Virus record (IMG/VR): IMGVR_UViG_3300043448_000344
Coordinates: 1 to 32,789 of that record
DNA: 32,789 nucleotides
Reading direction: 5' to 3' (one strand)
Source of the DNA: a virus
Taxonomy: Duplodnaviria > Caudoviricetes
Below, one piece after another: positions 17,501-25,735 of the stretch (its first letter is position 1; the number at the start of each line of letters is the position of its first letter). The notes under the pieces were generated by a model. It did not search any database. It had not been told where the DNA came from and worked only from the letters and a program-made list of their open reading frames with translations. Position numbers and translations under genes: made by a program.

Positions 17501-20500
17501 GGTGTTCTTAATGATGACACCGTCATAGCCGTCTTTTAATGCACGGTCGATAGTCGCAGCATAGCTTTCATCACGGAATGAACGGCCTTCTTGGTCGACG
17601 ATCAGGGGGTTCTGCATCGACAGAAACACTGGCATGATGTTCTGGCGCATATTGATGAATGTGCCGAACGCAGATTCCGCAGCGCCCAACTCAGCGCGTG
17701 CCTTAGCAATCTTCATCGGATCATTTGTTTTTTCTGCCTCAGCCAAAGCGGCTTTGCCTTGGTTGAGGTACGACTGAAAGTTCGCTTCTGCGGCATCGGG
17801 TGTAAGTGTGGGGCTCATCCAGCGGTTAGCAAGACGTGCAAAAACTCCAGCGGTATCAGCACTACCACCAAAGAAAAACCCCTTCTTTGCCGAAGCAGCC
17901 ATAGTCGATGAGCCGAGCAACTCTTTACTGAACTCGGTAAAGTCACCAACAGTGCCATGGAATACGACTAAGGGCTCACCTTTATCGTCAACCACTTTGC
18001 TGTCGCCAAACCACTTCTTAAATGCAGCAGTTTCAGTAATCGCCCCCTTTATGCTTTGGAACGCGGCCTCAAGCACGTTACCTTGCCCAGCGACTGCGGT
18101 TTGGCTACGAGCTTTGTCCAGTAGTTCGAGTGATGACTCAAGCACGTCGTTAGCGAGAGAGCGTTTGCCGCCCAGTAAACGTGAAGCAATATTCTTAATT
18201 GCTGTCCATGCGCTGTTGACTGACTCCAAAAACGACTTAGGCACGTTCTTGTCAGACTTCATCTCTTGCAGCGCCTTGCGGAACTCAGCTAGGGTATTCC
18301 CATAGGAGATCAATTCGAGTACAGCGTCCAGCTCGTTACCTTTTGCAACCAACCCCTTGAGTAGATTCTGCACTTCCAGTGCCTTGCCGGTGAGCTGGCC
18401 CTTGTAGCCAGTCACGGCTTTGAGCGATTTCTTGAGCTGCACCACGGCAGGGTGGTTGGGGTTTTTGTAGACAAATGATTGCAGCGCGGCGTGGAACGCT
18501 TCATGCAAGATCACCTCTGGCGATTCCTCTTTGTTGAGATACACCGTGTTGGTCTTGGGGTCGAATCGGGGATTACCCTCAGTGATGAACTCAAGGTTAA
18601 TTTTGCTCCCACTTGCAACAATAGACTCCCGTAAAGCCAGAGCCAGTGCACGCTCCATGGGGGTACCATTGGTACGCATGTAGTGCAAGATGGCTGGCAG
18701 TCCATAAAGCATGCCGATATCTTTGCCAGCATAGATGCCTTCAGTTGCTACTTTTACGAGCGTTGGCATCTTGCCTTTGCCCTTGACCTCAATGGAGCCC
18801 CGGATGGCTTTAGTACGGATGTCAGCGGTATCCGTTTGCTCGCCCAAGAATACTTCTCGCTTCGCAGCAGCCCAGCCCTGTGACAGCATAGTGTCTAGCT
18901 TGACCAGCTCTTCACGAGTTTTTTGCTTCATTCTGCCGGGAGATACAACTTTCTTTTGCACGGCGTCTTTGAACAACCGTACAACCGCTTCAACATCTTT
19001 TGCGTTGCCGCCTACAGCCGTGCCTAACTCAGCAAGTGCTTGGCGAACAGTAGCAGCAGTGCGTTCAATCTCTAAGGCTTGTTCTTCAGCGAACTGAGAT
19101 GGTGTGGCACGCTTAGGAATTTTGAAACGGCGCGACAGTGCCTGACCACCTTGGTCAGAGTATGCAGTGTAAGCCTCAGCAAAGTAGCGCAAAGCGTCAA
19201 CGATACGTGCGGATTTCTCGTCAGCTACATCTTCACCCTTTACCAGCGCGTCGCGGATGCGCTTGAGGCCGTCTTGGCCAATCGAGGTGCGACCGGGCAC
19301 AGCCTTGGCGTTGGACTTGACCGATGCGGGCAATACATTCTTGACATCCACGCTGTCAACATCGTCCAACAACTTTTGCAGTTGTGTGTCCTCAGTTGAA
19401 GAAGCACCCGCTGCCACCGGAGCAGCGGGTGAAACGGCGCTTGGAGACACGCCGGGGGGAGGTGACGCGGGACGTTCTGTGATTTGGCTCACAGGCGCTG
19501 GTGCTTGTGGCAACAGCGAAGACGAATAGGTTGGCTCTGGCGTCAATAAAGAAGCCGAAGGCGCTTGCTGCTCTTGCGCAGTAAAGGGTGATGAGGTCTG
19601 CTTGAGGCGTTTGCCCTTGGGCCCGAGCAACGCTTGGCGCTGTGCCTTAGTTAAACCGGTGCTAACAGGCTGTGGCAATCCAGCGGCAAGTTGTTGCCAC
19701 TCACGACCGATGTCCTCGATGCCGAACTGCTGCTTGAGGCGCTCTGCACGCATCTCTTGCCACTGCTCACCAGCTTGGGTGGCGGCTGCAAGTCCACGTT
19801 CTTTTTTCGCCTGTTGTTGCTGCCACTCTTGGCCAACATCTTGTGCGGCCATCAAACCAGACGCTTGGCGACCAATCAGGTCTTGATATTGCTGACCAAC
19901 CTCGGCAACGCGGCGCTCGCCTAAACCCATTAGGTCTTGCTCGAACTGTTGCTGTTGGCCAACGGATGAGAATGGTGTCTGCAAATTGATGCCAGACATG
20001 CCCTGCTCAAACTGGCGCTGCTGGTCAAGTGACGAGAACGCCTGCGGCTGATGCATGAATGGCAACTGCTGGGCTTCGCTACCCATCAAATCCACGGAGC
20101 GGTTCAACGCGTCTTGTTTGACGCGATTATTGAACTCTAACTCGGCTGCTAGTTGCTGGTTGAACCAAGCGCCAATGTCATCTTCAGCAACGCCTTGACG
20201 ACGGGCTTCGGTTGTCACCGCCTTAATAGCCTGCGCACGAACTTCTGCTGGTGCGTCTTCACTCAGTGCAGCTTGCAACACTTCGGCTTTGCGTGAACGC
20301 GAGACATGGCTGCCCAAAGACAGCGGGCCCAGAATCATCGACAGACCAGCACCGCCCAAGGCAGACTGCTTGGCGATCTCGTAGGGGTCTTCTGCCTTTG
20401 CGCCGTAGGCTTGCTCAACGGCGTAGGTGCCCAAATCTTGCGCAACCTCAGTGGCTGGCTGCACGACCATGTTTGTGGCCATGCCCTTGGCGAACGGCTT

Positions 20501-21166
20501 CAGAACGGCTGTGTCGGTCAACTCACCAGCAATACCAGCAGTTGTCTTACCGCCAATGCCAACGATCGGTGCCAAACCTTTGGCAGCACGAAGGCCAACT
20601 GCCGTAGCTGCGCCCTCAAGCGGGCCTTGGATGAGGCCGACTCGTCGTGCGGCTGCGGTGGCATCTTCTTCGGAAACGCCTTGTTCACGCAGTTTGTCGT
20701 AGGTCTCTTGCGCAGACGACGTGCCAAACAACCCTGCCGCAACAGCGGGGGCGGCAACCTGACCACCGGGCAAAAAGCTAGCAGCCACGGCGGGAGCCAT
20801 GGGAGCGACCGCACGTGCACCCAAGACACCGGCTTGTCCGATGAGGCCACGACCACGCAAATCAGGGACATAGTCAACACCACGCGCCTCGGCGGCTTGC
20901 GCCATTTCGCGTCCGTATTCAGGTGCTAGACCTGTGTACTCAAGCGACTGGCCCACCATCTTTGGCAGGTCAACAACAGCACCACCAACCAGTTGGCGAC
21001 CCATTTCGCGCAGAGTACCGCGCGGCTTGTAGCCAAAATAATCGGCGGTCTCTTCAAAACTTTTGCCAATGCGCTGGCCGTAGTCTCTCAAGAGTGCATC
21101 GTCGGATAAATCGCGCATGTCAGGCGGCACCGCCGCCCGGAGTTCTTCTAGAGAGAAAATAGCCAT
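14591..21166 (-). CDS. Large polyvalent internal virion/ejection protein with zincin and ART-PolyVal-like domains
   Basis: 2191 aa, downstream of tail and pilot genes; HEAFH at 18491-18505; FKKWFGDSKVVD..GEPLVVFHGT, GFFF, GYDGVII, IVFEPNQIKS; helical C-terminus with PFISWFY and DPYTGK. Confidence 0.8.
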   Translation of the reverse strand: MAIFSLEELRAAVPPDMRDLSDDALLRDYGQRIGKSFEETADYFGYKPRGTLREMGRQLVGGAVVDLPKMVGQSLEYTGLAPEYGREMAQAAEARGVDYVPDLRGRGLIGQAGVLGARAVAPMAPAVAASFLPGGQVAAPAVAAGLFGTSSAQETYDKLREQGVSEEDATAAARRVGLIQGPLEGAATAVGLRAAKGLAPIVGIGGKTTAGIAGELTDTAVLKPFAKGMATNMVVQPATEVAQDLGTYAVEQAYGAKAEDPYEIAKQSALGGAGLSMILGPLSLGSHVSRSRKAEVLQAALSEDAPAEVRAQAIKAVTTEARRQGVAEDDIGAWFNQQLAAELEFNNRVKQDALNRSVDLMGSEAQQLPFMHQPQAFSSLDQQRQFEQGMSGINLQTPFSSVGQQQQFEQDLMGLGERRVAEVGQQYQDLIGRQASGLMAAQDVGQEWQQQQAKKERGLAAATQAGEQWQEMRAERLKQQFGIEDIGREWQQLAAGLPQPVSTGLTKAQRQALLGPKGKRLKQTSSPFTAQEQQAPSASLLTPEPTYSSSLLPQAPAPVSQITERPASPPPGVSPSAVSPAAPVAAGASSTEDTQLQKLLDDVDSVDVKNVLPASVKSNAKAVPGRTSIGQDGLKRIRDALVKGEDVADEKSARIVDALRYFAEAYTAYSDQGGQALSRRFKIPKRATPSQFAEEQALEIERTAATVRQALAELGTAVGGNAKDVEAVVRLFKDAVQKKVVSPGRMKQKTREELVKLDTMLSQGWAAAKREVFLGEQTDTADIRTKAIRGSIEVKGKGKMPTLVKVATEGIYAGKDIGMLYGLPAILHYMRTNGTPMERALALALRESIVASGSKINLEFITEGNPRFDPKTNTVYLNKEESPEVILHEAFHAALQSFVYKNPNHPAVVQLKKSLKAVTGYKGQLTGKALEVQNLLKGLVAKGNELDAVLELISYGNTLAEFRKALQEMKSDKNVPKSFLESVNSAWTAIKNIASRLLGGKRSLANDVLESSLELLDKARSQTAVAGQGNVLEAAFQSIKGAITETAAFKKWFGDSKVVDDKGEPLVVFHGTVGDFTEFSKELLGSSTMAASAKKGFFFGGSADTAGVFARLANRWMSPTLTPDAAEANFQSYLNQGKAALAEAEKTNDPMKIAKARAELGAAESAFGTFINMRQNIMPVFLSMQNPLIVDQEGRSFRDESYAATIDRALKDGYDGVIIKNTYDGQKAPTLFERAVSKLRNKALPVDDIYIVFEPNQIKSVFNKGTFDPGTGNILEAAIKTEKPVSDAKIAAALEVPVQDYSKWSKANAAQLQATQRLFEAVGWSKENSQKMLGAAGDKTRAFISKNFPGAEIVLGWINSRYNVNETVSQVMDRFKLNKGIGYQYAEDLANVIARRPAADVKALFAYLDGNTKALDGLPDAVKLKAVADKLNDWFKMYVAELTPVEQQWFSNRKFSETLLFPSTTEQVAGGTFGLGKINEVLGIKTEREAELDQDWFRKDENGDLILTGDMYRVFEPNRIKNNGEMIPAGFMSASRFAELNSKNPLGFTVDTSRRWTYGGVVKGKHTFTTNTTAKEKIDNEKADDVANALRNTVAALANNYASKNFIKSIYDMGRGNSAHAQVAFDSLEAVNKFINEGVPADQRVVIREDMVLPVSREISRSPQTKALYRQSGTWVKLPESGVYGELSGKYIPGPVWNAMGDMSDRQPLVNLRAVNNTMRWFKKSKTVWNFGTHVTNTASNVTMAMMHDISFGTMRDAAKMLAKYEVNAKALTKEELDLVMAFRDSGAMLADYSSAEVKEAIYKAHEQNLRGGEDVSLMRRVGGWLGVEKSKAEWLQAQAKKVGKGVEYIDEVSTQMYAAEDNIFRMAAFLKTAGALQQRAGAKTPSAEMLQEAGLFARKAFGDYDIDSKAVKIARQTALPFISWFYAMAPVIGRIAVYEPWKLVNVLGAYMILEAAMAGAAGGDDEETRKEGPESIRERMFGSMGPYLHVRVPFMGDEENPVYYKLGDYFPLASFTRGLPNGMMGQSWIPASLTPSGPFVSALLGLVGGVDPYTGKALHKPTDTEWQKLWTSTKFAYDIMTLPVISTRNIGKVDDIIEGKTGITGNEPSSLPIARAFGFKFYDYNVNEQAAINEIVVKRIERDFKTAMTQAKRDEYRKAYPDYDALDEKLDDLQTRMDKEIEKARGGAEE
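19690..20060 (-). repeat. Degenerate Gln-rich peptide repeats inside the large protein
   Basis: FSSxxQQxQFEQ twice; VGQQYQ, VGQEWQ, AGEQWQ, IGREWQ at roughly 21-22 aa spacing. Confidence 0.55.
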
Positions 21167-21184
21167 TTCAGTCCTCAGATGCGA

Positions 21185-22837
21185 TTAATCTATGAGGTCA
21201 AATCTTCGAGCCCGCAATGTTTCGTCAGGGGTCAGATCAGCACCTCGGTTGATTTTATCCAGCAAATAGTTTCTGTAGTTCGCTTCGCCTGTAGAAAGTA
21301 ATCCGCCAACACCTTCGGAGATTGCTGATGGCAGTCTAGAAATCGGTGCGGCTTCACCACGCGGCGCGTTCAAGATAGGACGACCACGGGCATCGACATA
21401 CGGATTTGGCTCAACGGGTTGAGTTCTTGAGAGTCCAGTGGATGCAGCAGGTCTAGCTGGCGGTGCAGCAGCGGCGGCTGTTTGCGTAGCATTAGCGTAT
21501 GGGTTACTACCGAGCCCTGCTCCAACATTGGCTGTACCCGGATTGACGAACTGCAACACGCCCATGGCTGCCGCCTTCTTGTCTTTGTCAGCTTGGGGTA
21601 AGCGCAGATTGCGGTCGTCCTCTTCCCATTTGCGATACGCGCGTAGGTTTTCTTTTTCGACATCAGTCATTGTCTGACCGGGACGACCTTGTGGGCCGAG
21701 CGACACTTGGCCACCAGCCTTGGCGTTGATCATGTTGAACTGGCGAATCAGTGCAGCACCTTTGGGGCCGTTCTTTTCCGCTTCGGTGAGCTGAGCGAAG
21801 TCGTCTTGAATCTTCGCAGCTTCTTTGCGATTGTCTTGCTCTTCTTTGAACGCATTAAGGCGTGCGTTGGTGAGTCCAACAGACGCGTTGCTTGCACGAG
21901 TGGATGCCTCAGAAGCGCCGATCTGTGCTTCAGTTCTACGAACACCGAGTGTCCATTCAGCGACGTTGCCGGGGTCTTCAGCTTGCTTACGCAAATAGGC
22001 AGTAGCCATGTCAGCGTTCTTAAAAGACTCTGTGCGAAGCACCTTTGTGGGGTCTGCGTCGCTGACAAGGTTCAAAATGATCTGGCCATCGCGGCCTACA
22101 GCCTTGACGAAGTGAGTGCCGTCCGCAAAGTTTTTGTCATCTTTGTGTAGAGTGAGCAAACCGTCCAAGTCTTTGCCCTTCACAGCCTTCTTTATATAGG
22201 TGTCCATCATCTCGAGTTCGGCTTTTTCAATGCCAGAAACCTGTGATGCAACGGTGAACTGCTGCGCGCGGCTCAACTTGTGTTTCTGGGCCAACTGGCG
22301 AATAGCGGCTGTGTCCGCTGGATTCTCGAGCTTGCTGAAGTCTTCTTCAAAACTGCGAAGGCGCATGGCGTCTTCATCTTCACGCTGTGCTTTAGAGAGT
22401 TGGAACCCTGTCAGCTGCTGTTGCTGCGCGCGGGCCTCGAGCTCGCTGGCTTTGTCAGTCATGCCGTAGCCGCGATAGACATCAGCAAGGCCTCTTGTCT
22501 GCGCTTGGCTGACGCCACGCTGAGCTTCTTCCATGGTGGCGAAGTTGCGGCCACCACCAGCAATGTCAGTGCGACCGCTAGACACAGAATAGTCAGGTGC
22601 AGTCAAACTTTGGCGACGCTGAAGCTCGGCAATCGCTGGTTCGTATTGGTTGGCCAACTCAGGGTTTTGCTGCTGCAAACCGCGCAGCTGCTCGATATTG
22701 CTACCAAGCTCAGAGCCATACGCTCCCTCAGTCACTCTGTACTTCTTGGCTTCTTCAGCCAGATCGCGTTCCAGTTGGCCTTGGCGAATCGTCTCACCTA
22801 GGCGGATGCCTGCTTGTAAACCTGATGCCCATCCCAT
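21185..22837 (-). CDS. Probable internal virion / DNA transfer protein
   Basis: AAGGAG RBS before ATG 22837 (MGWASGLQAG); helical, Ala/Gln-rich; lies between the pilot protein and the large protein. Confidence 0.65.
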   Translation of the reverse strand: MGWASGLQAGIRLGETIRQGQLERDLAEEAKKYRVTEGAYGSELGSNIEQLRGLQQQNPELANQYEPAIAELQRRQSLTAPDYSVSSGRTDIAGGGRNFATMEEAQRGVSQAQTRGLADVYRGYGMTDKASELEARAQQQQLTGFQLSKAQREDEDAMRLRSFEEDFSKLENPADTAAIRQLAQKHKLSRAQQFTVASQVSGIEKAELEMMDTYIKKAVKGKDLDGLLTLHKDDKNFADGTHFVKAVGRDGQIILNLVSDADPTKVLRTESFKNADMATAYLRKQAEDPGNVAEWTLGVRRTEAQIGASEASTRASNASVGLTNARLNAFKEEQDNRKEAAKIQDDFAQLTEAEKNGPKGAALIRQFNMINAKAGGQVSLGPQGRPGQTMTDVEKENLRAYRKWEEDDRNLRLPQADKDKKAAAMGVLQFVNPGTANVGAGLGSNPYANATQTAAAAAPPARPAASTGLSRTQPVEPNPYVDARGRPILNAPRGEAAPISRLPSAISEGVGGLLSTGEANYRNYLLDKINRGADLTPDETLRARRFDLID

Positions 22838-22847
22838 GGTGTGCTCC

Positions 22848-23858
22848 TTAGACTTTCTTGAACTCGATGCCGAGTGTTTCGTAGTTGACGGCGTCGAAGC
22901 CATCAGGCATTGTGAACACGGCGTGCGGGAATTTCTCTTTCACTTCATCAGCCATGACGCCGATGTACTTGGTGCCACTGCCGCCCTTGTACAAGAACTC
23001 GTACAGATTCAGGCCGGTACCCTCGTCAACACCGACGAGCTTGATGTCTTCTTTTAAGCGGCGGTCTGAGCGGTATGCGACTGCACCAGCGCCGAGGGCT
23101 GCGCCCAACATCTCACCTTGAGCGTTGATGCCGGTGTTGTACGCACTTGTCTGTGCGTTGAGAATGTTGCCTGCGCCTTGTACGCCGAGTCGAGCGCCTT
23201 CCATCATGGTGCCCACGCCAGCGTTGTTGGCGTTTGTGAACTGGTTGCCAGCGGCCATGGCTGTGTTGGCACCTGCGGTACCTGCGCCTGTAGCGCCGCC
23301 GTAGGCTGCGGTTGATGCACCTGCGAGGCCACGACCCAAACCAGCAGCGTCCATACGGCGAGCCCAACCAAGTTGCTCAGCCTGAGTGCGAGCGCCAGTC
23401 ATGGCACCTGCGCGCTGGGCAGCAAGACCCAGCATGTTTTGGTTCTGCATGGCGAGCGCCGCGCCAGAGTTAGGGTTTACCCCACGGGCAGCGGCTGCAC
23501 GGGAGGCCATATCTTGTGTGAGTCCGAAGGCTTTCGCGGATGCTGCGGCTGCGTCACGGGCAAGTTGCTCACGGTAGCCAGCGGTGCTAAATTCTTGGGC
23601 TTCTTTGACCAGACCTTGCTCCAGCGGACGGAATGTTTTTGTCTGGTAATCGTAGTAGTCTTGGGCTTGACCCATTTGCTGCTCTTGAGCAGCCATTTGT
23701 TGTTCTGAAATGCGCTGAAGCAGGGGCTTCATCTCTTCGTACTGACGCTGGGCAAAGTCCATCTGCCGAGTGCCGAGTCGTTCTGCGACATCGACGCCAC
23801 GTTCCGAGGCAGCGGCCATCGCGCTGTAGTCTGGTGCTGGTGCTGATTTTCCACCCAT
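22848..23858 (-). CDS. Probable DNA ejection/pilot protein with C-terminal peptidase S74-type chaperone domain
   Basis: MGGKSAPAPDY start, Ala/Gly/Gln-rich body, SDRRLKEDI...LYEFLY...GVMADEV...VNY. Confidence 0.75.
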   Translation of the reverse strand: MGGKSAPAPDYSAMAAASERGVDVAERLGTRQMDFAQRQYEEMKPLLQRISEQQMAAQEQQMGQAQDYYDYQTKTFRPLEQGLVKEAQEFSTAGYREQLARDAAAASAKAFGLTQDMASRAAAARGVNPNSGAALAMQNQNMLGLAAQRAGAMTGARTQAEQLGWARRMDAAGLGRGLAGASTAAYGGATGAGTAGANTAMAAGNQFTNANNAGVGTMMEGARLGVQGAGNILNAQTSAYNTGINAQGEMLGAALGAGAVAYRSDRRLKEDIKLVGVDEGTGLNLYEFLYKGGSGTKYIGVMADEVKEKFPHAVFTMPDGFDAVNYETLGIEFKKV

Positions 23859-23861
23859 GAT

Positions 23862-24278
23862 TTACTCCTTGCGTAGCCAGCGACATTTGTCAGGCCACAT
23901 AACCAAAACGTGCATATCAGCGCCGGGTGCGCCGTCTTTCATCACAAACTCTTCTTCAAACCCGAGGTGCTTGTCAAATGCCAGTATTTTAGGCTCATTT
24001 GATGGAACCATGCCAGTTAATCTTTTGAGCTTGCAAAAATTAAAAGCGTAGTCGCACGACGCCTCGATCATCTTGTGCACCAGCCGGGTCTGGCGGGCAA
24101 TGGCAATGTGGCAGGTTGCGTTAGCGCCGTTGTAATTGTTGAACACCACACCAGCAATGATCTCTCCATCACGCACGACACCAAGGGCGTAGAAGCTACC
24201 CCACTCGCAGGTCTGGCCAACTTGCTGGGCGACCCATGCACCGATGGCTTCTTTCTGGTCGAGTACGAGTGTGTCCAT
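23862..24278 (-). CDS. GNAT-like acetyltransferase of the podovirus tail region
   Basis: YAFNFCKLKRLTGMVPSN...FDKHLGFEEE resembles the RimL-type GNAT C-terminus. Confidence 0.75.
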   Translation of the reverse strand: MDTLVLDQKEAIGAWVAQQVGQTCEWGSFYALGVVRDGEIIAGVVFNNYNGANATCHIAIARQTRLVHKMIEASCDYAFNFCKLKRLTGMVPSNEPKILAFDKHLGFEEEFVMKDGAPGADMHVLVMWPDKCRWLRKE

Positions 24279-24283
24279 GTTTT

Positions 24284-25735
24284 TTAGATAAATAGAGCAT
24301 GGTAATTGGCGTACACATACGACATACCTTTAGTTGACAACGTTGGCGATACCAATGTGCCTGACGAATCAGCTATAGATAAATTAGGCATAAACACAGA
24401 AAGCGTGTATGTACCTGCTGCAAGGCTTTTTGTATTTGAATAAGCAACATGCGTTACAAAATACCTTGCAATATCTATAAAAGCTGTTTTACCCGCTCCA
24501 CCCGCAAACGCTACATCAATATCGTTTAATGCGCTATCGTTTAATAGAAAACATACATCAACCATGACATTTTCAAACTGTGAAGATGAAGACGCAAGAG
24601 TAATGTTTCCACCGCAGTTAAAGTTAACAATACCAGCTTTGCTTAGCGTAAAAGTCAGTATAGGTTTAATAGTAGGAGAAGTTAAAAAATTTACACTAGA
24701 AACTGAACCACTCGCGGCAACGTTAAATCCATTGATGTACGCATTAGTCCCGTCAAAAACAATATTAGTTGTTGGGTTACCAAGAGCAAATCTACCGTCA
24801 CTGTATAGATGAGTACCCGCACCCGTCATACCAGAACCACTAATGGTGGGCGTAGAGGAAGAAGGCTTAGTAATAGTTAACTCACCAGCAGTAACAGTAC
24901 CAAGATTAGCGCTCAACGCCGACAAATTAGTGATTGTGGCAGTGTCTATCTTTGCTAGCGTAATGTTGGCGTCAGCAATCTTCGCAGTGGTGATGTTGGC
25001 GTCAACAATTTTCGCAGTTGTAATCTGCGCGTCACCGATCTTTGCAGTGGTCACCGCTGCGCTGGCCAGTTTCGCTGTATCAACAGCAAGGTTCGCGATT
25101 TTGGCGTTGGTAATCTCTGCGTCATAGATGAACGCAGCCTTCATGTAGGTGCCAGCCGGAATGGTGACACCATTTATTTCAGTTGGCGAGTCGAGCTGAA
25201 AGAATGGTGCTTCACTGGTGCCGCCATAGGTGTCACGCAACAGGCCCATCGTATAGGCAAGATCAGCACCGGTGGTTGCCACAGTGCCATTGGTGGAGTT
25301 GTACGAACCGGTCACATTCTCTGTGTTTACATACCGAACCCAGTAATACCGGGTGGACGAAGGCCCGAGCGAATCTGTATAGGTAAACCCGGGGGTCTGG
25401 CCAAGAAGTTCCGCAGCGCCTAAGTCATCGGTATCCGCTCCCCACACTTCAGCGTAGGCATGGCCGGGGTAGGTGACGATGTCCCACTCAACTATCACAT
25501 TGCGTATGGCTGGTGTTGCAGTGACATTTGTAGGCGCTGGGGGAGGGCCAAATACTGTGGTAACGGCGTTAATGTTTCCACTGCCATCAACTGACACAAC
25601 ACCTGCGTCAGCCAAATCTTGCGCGGTTACTAGACGACCTGCCCCATTACCATTGATGAGTTCACGCAAGCGGTCGATAAAGTTGCGCAGGTCACGCGGG
25701 ATGACCGATGTTACGGATGGGAGGTTTTTAGACAC
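24284..25735 (-). CDS. Tail fibre / tail-tip protein
   Basis: Fn3-like PPAPTNV...RYYWVRYVN, TAKI repeats, AT-rich beta-rich C-terminus. Confidence 0.7.
   Translation of the reverse strand: MSKNLPSVTSVIPRDLRNFIDRLRELINGNGAGRLVTAQDLADAGVVSVDGSGNINAVTTVFGPPPAPTNVTATPAIRNVIVEWDIVTYPGHAYAEVWGADTDDLGAAELLGQTPGFTYTDSLGPSSTRYYWVRYVNTENVTGSYNSTNGTVATTGADLAYTMGLLRDTYGGTSEAPFFQLDSPTEINGVTIPAGTYMKAAFIYDAEITNAKIANLAVDTAKLASAAVTTAKIGDAQITTAKIVDANITTAKIADANITLAKIDTATITNLSALSANLGTVTAGELTITKPSSSTPTISGSGMTGAGTHLYSDGRFALGNPTTNIVFDGTNAYINGFNVAASGSVSSVNFLTSPTIKPILTFTLSKAGIVNFNCGGNITLASSSSQFENVMVDVCFLLNDSALNDIDVAFAGGAGKTAFIDIARYFVTHVAYSNTKSLAAGTYTLSVFMPNLSIADSSGTLVSPTLSTKGMSYVYANYHALFI
24931..25115 (-). repeat. 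About six 30-bp (10-aa) tandem repeats encoding (I/V)xxAK(I/L)
   Basis: taatgttggcgtcagcaatcttcgcagtgg / tgatgttggcgtcaacaattttcgcagttg / taatctgcgcgtcaccgatctttgcagtgg. Confidence 0.8.

Noticed and set aside
22838-22903. Extended N-terminus of the 572-aa ORF
   Set aside because: Overlaps the upstream gene; ATG 22837 has a clear AAGGAG RBS.
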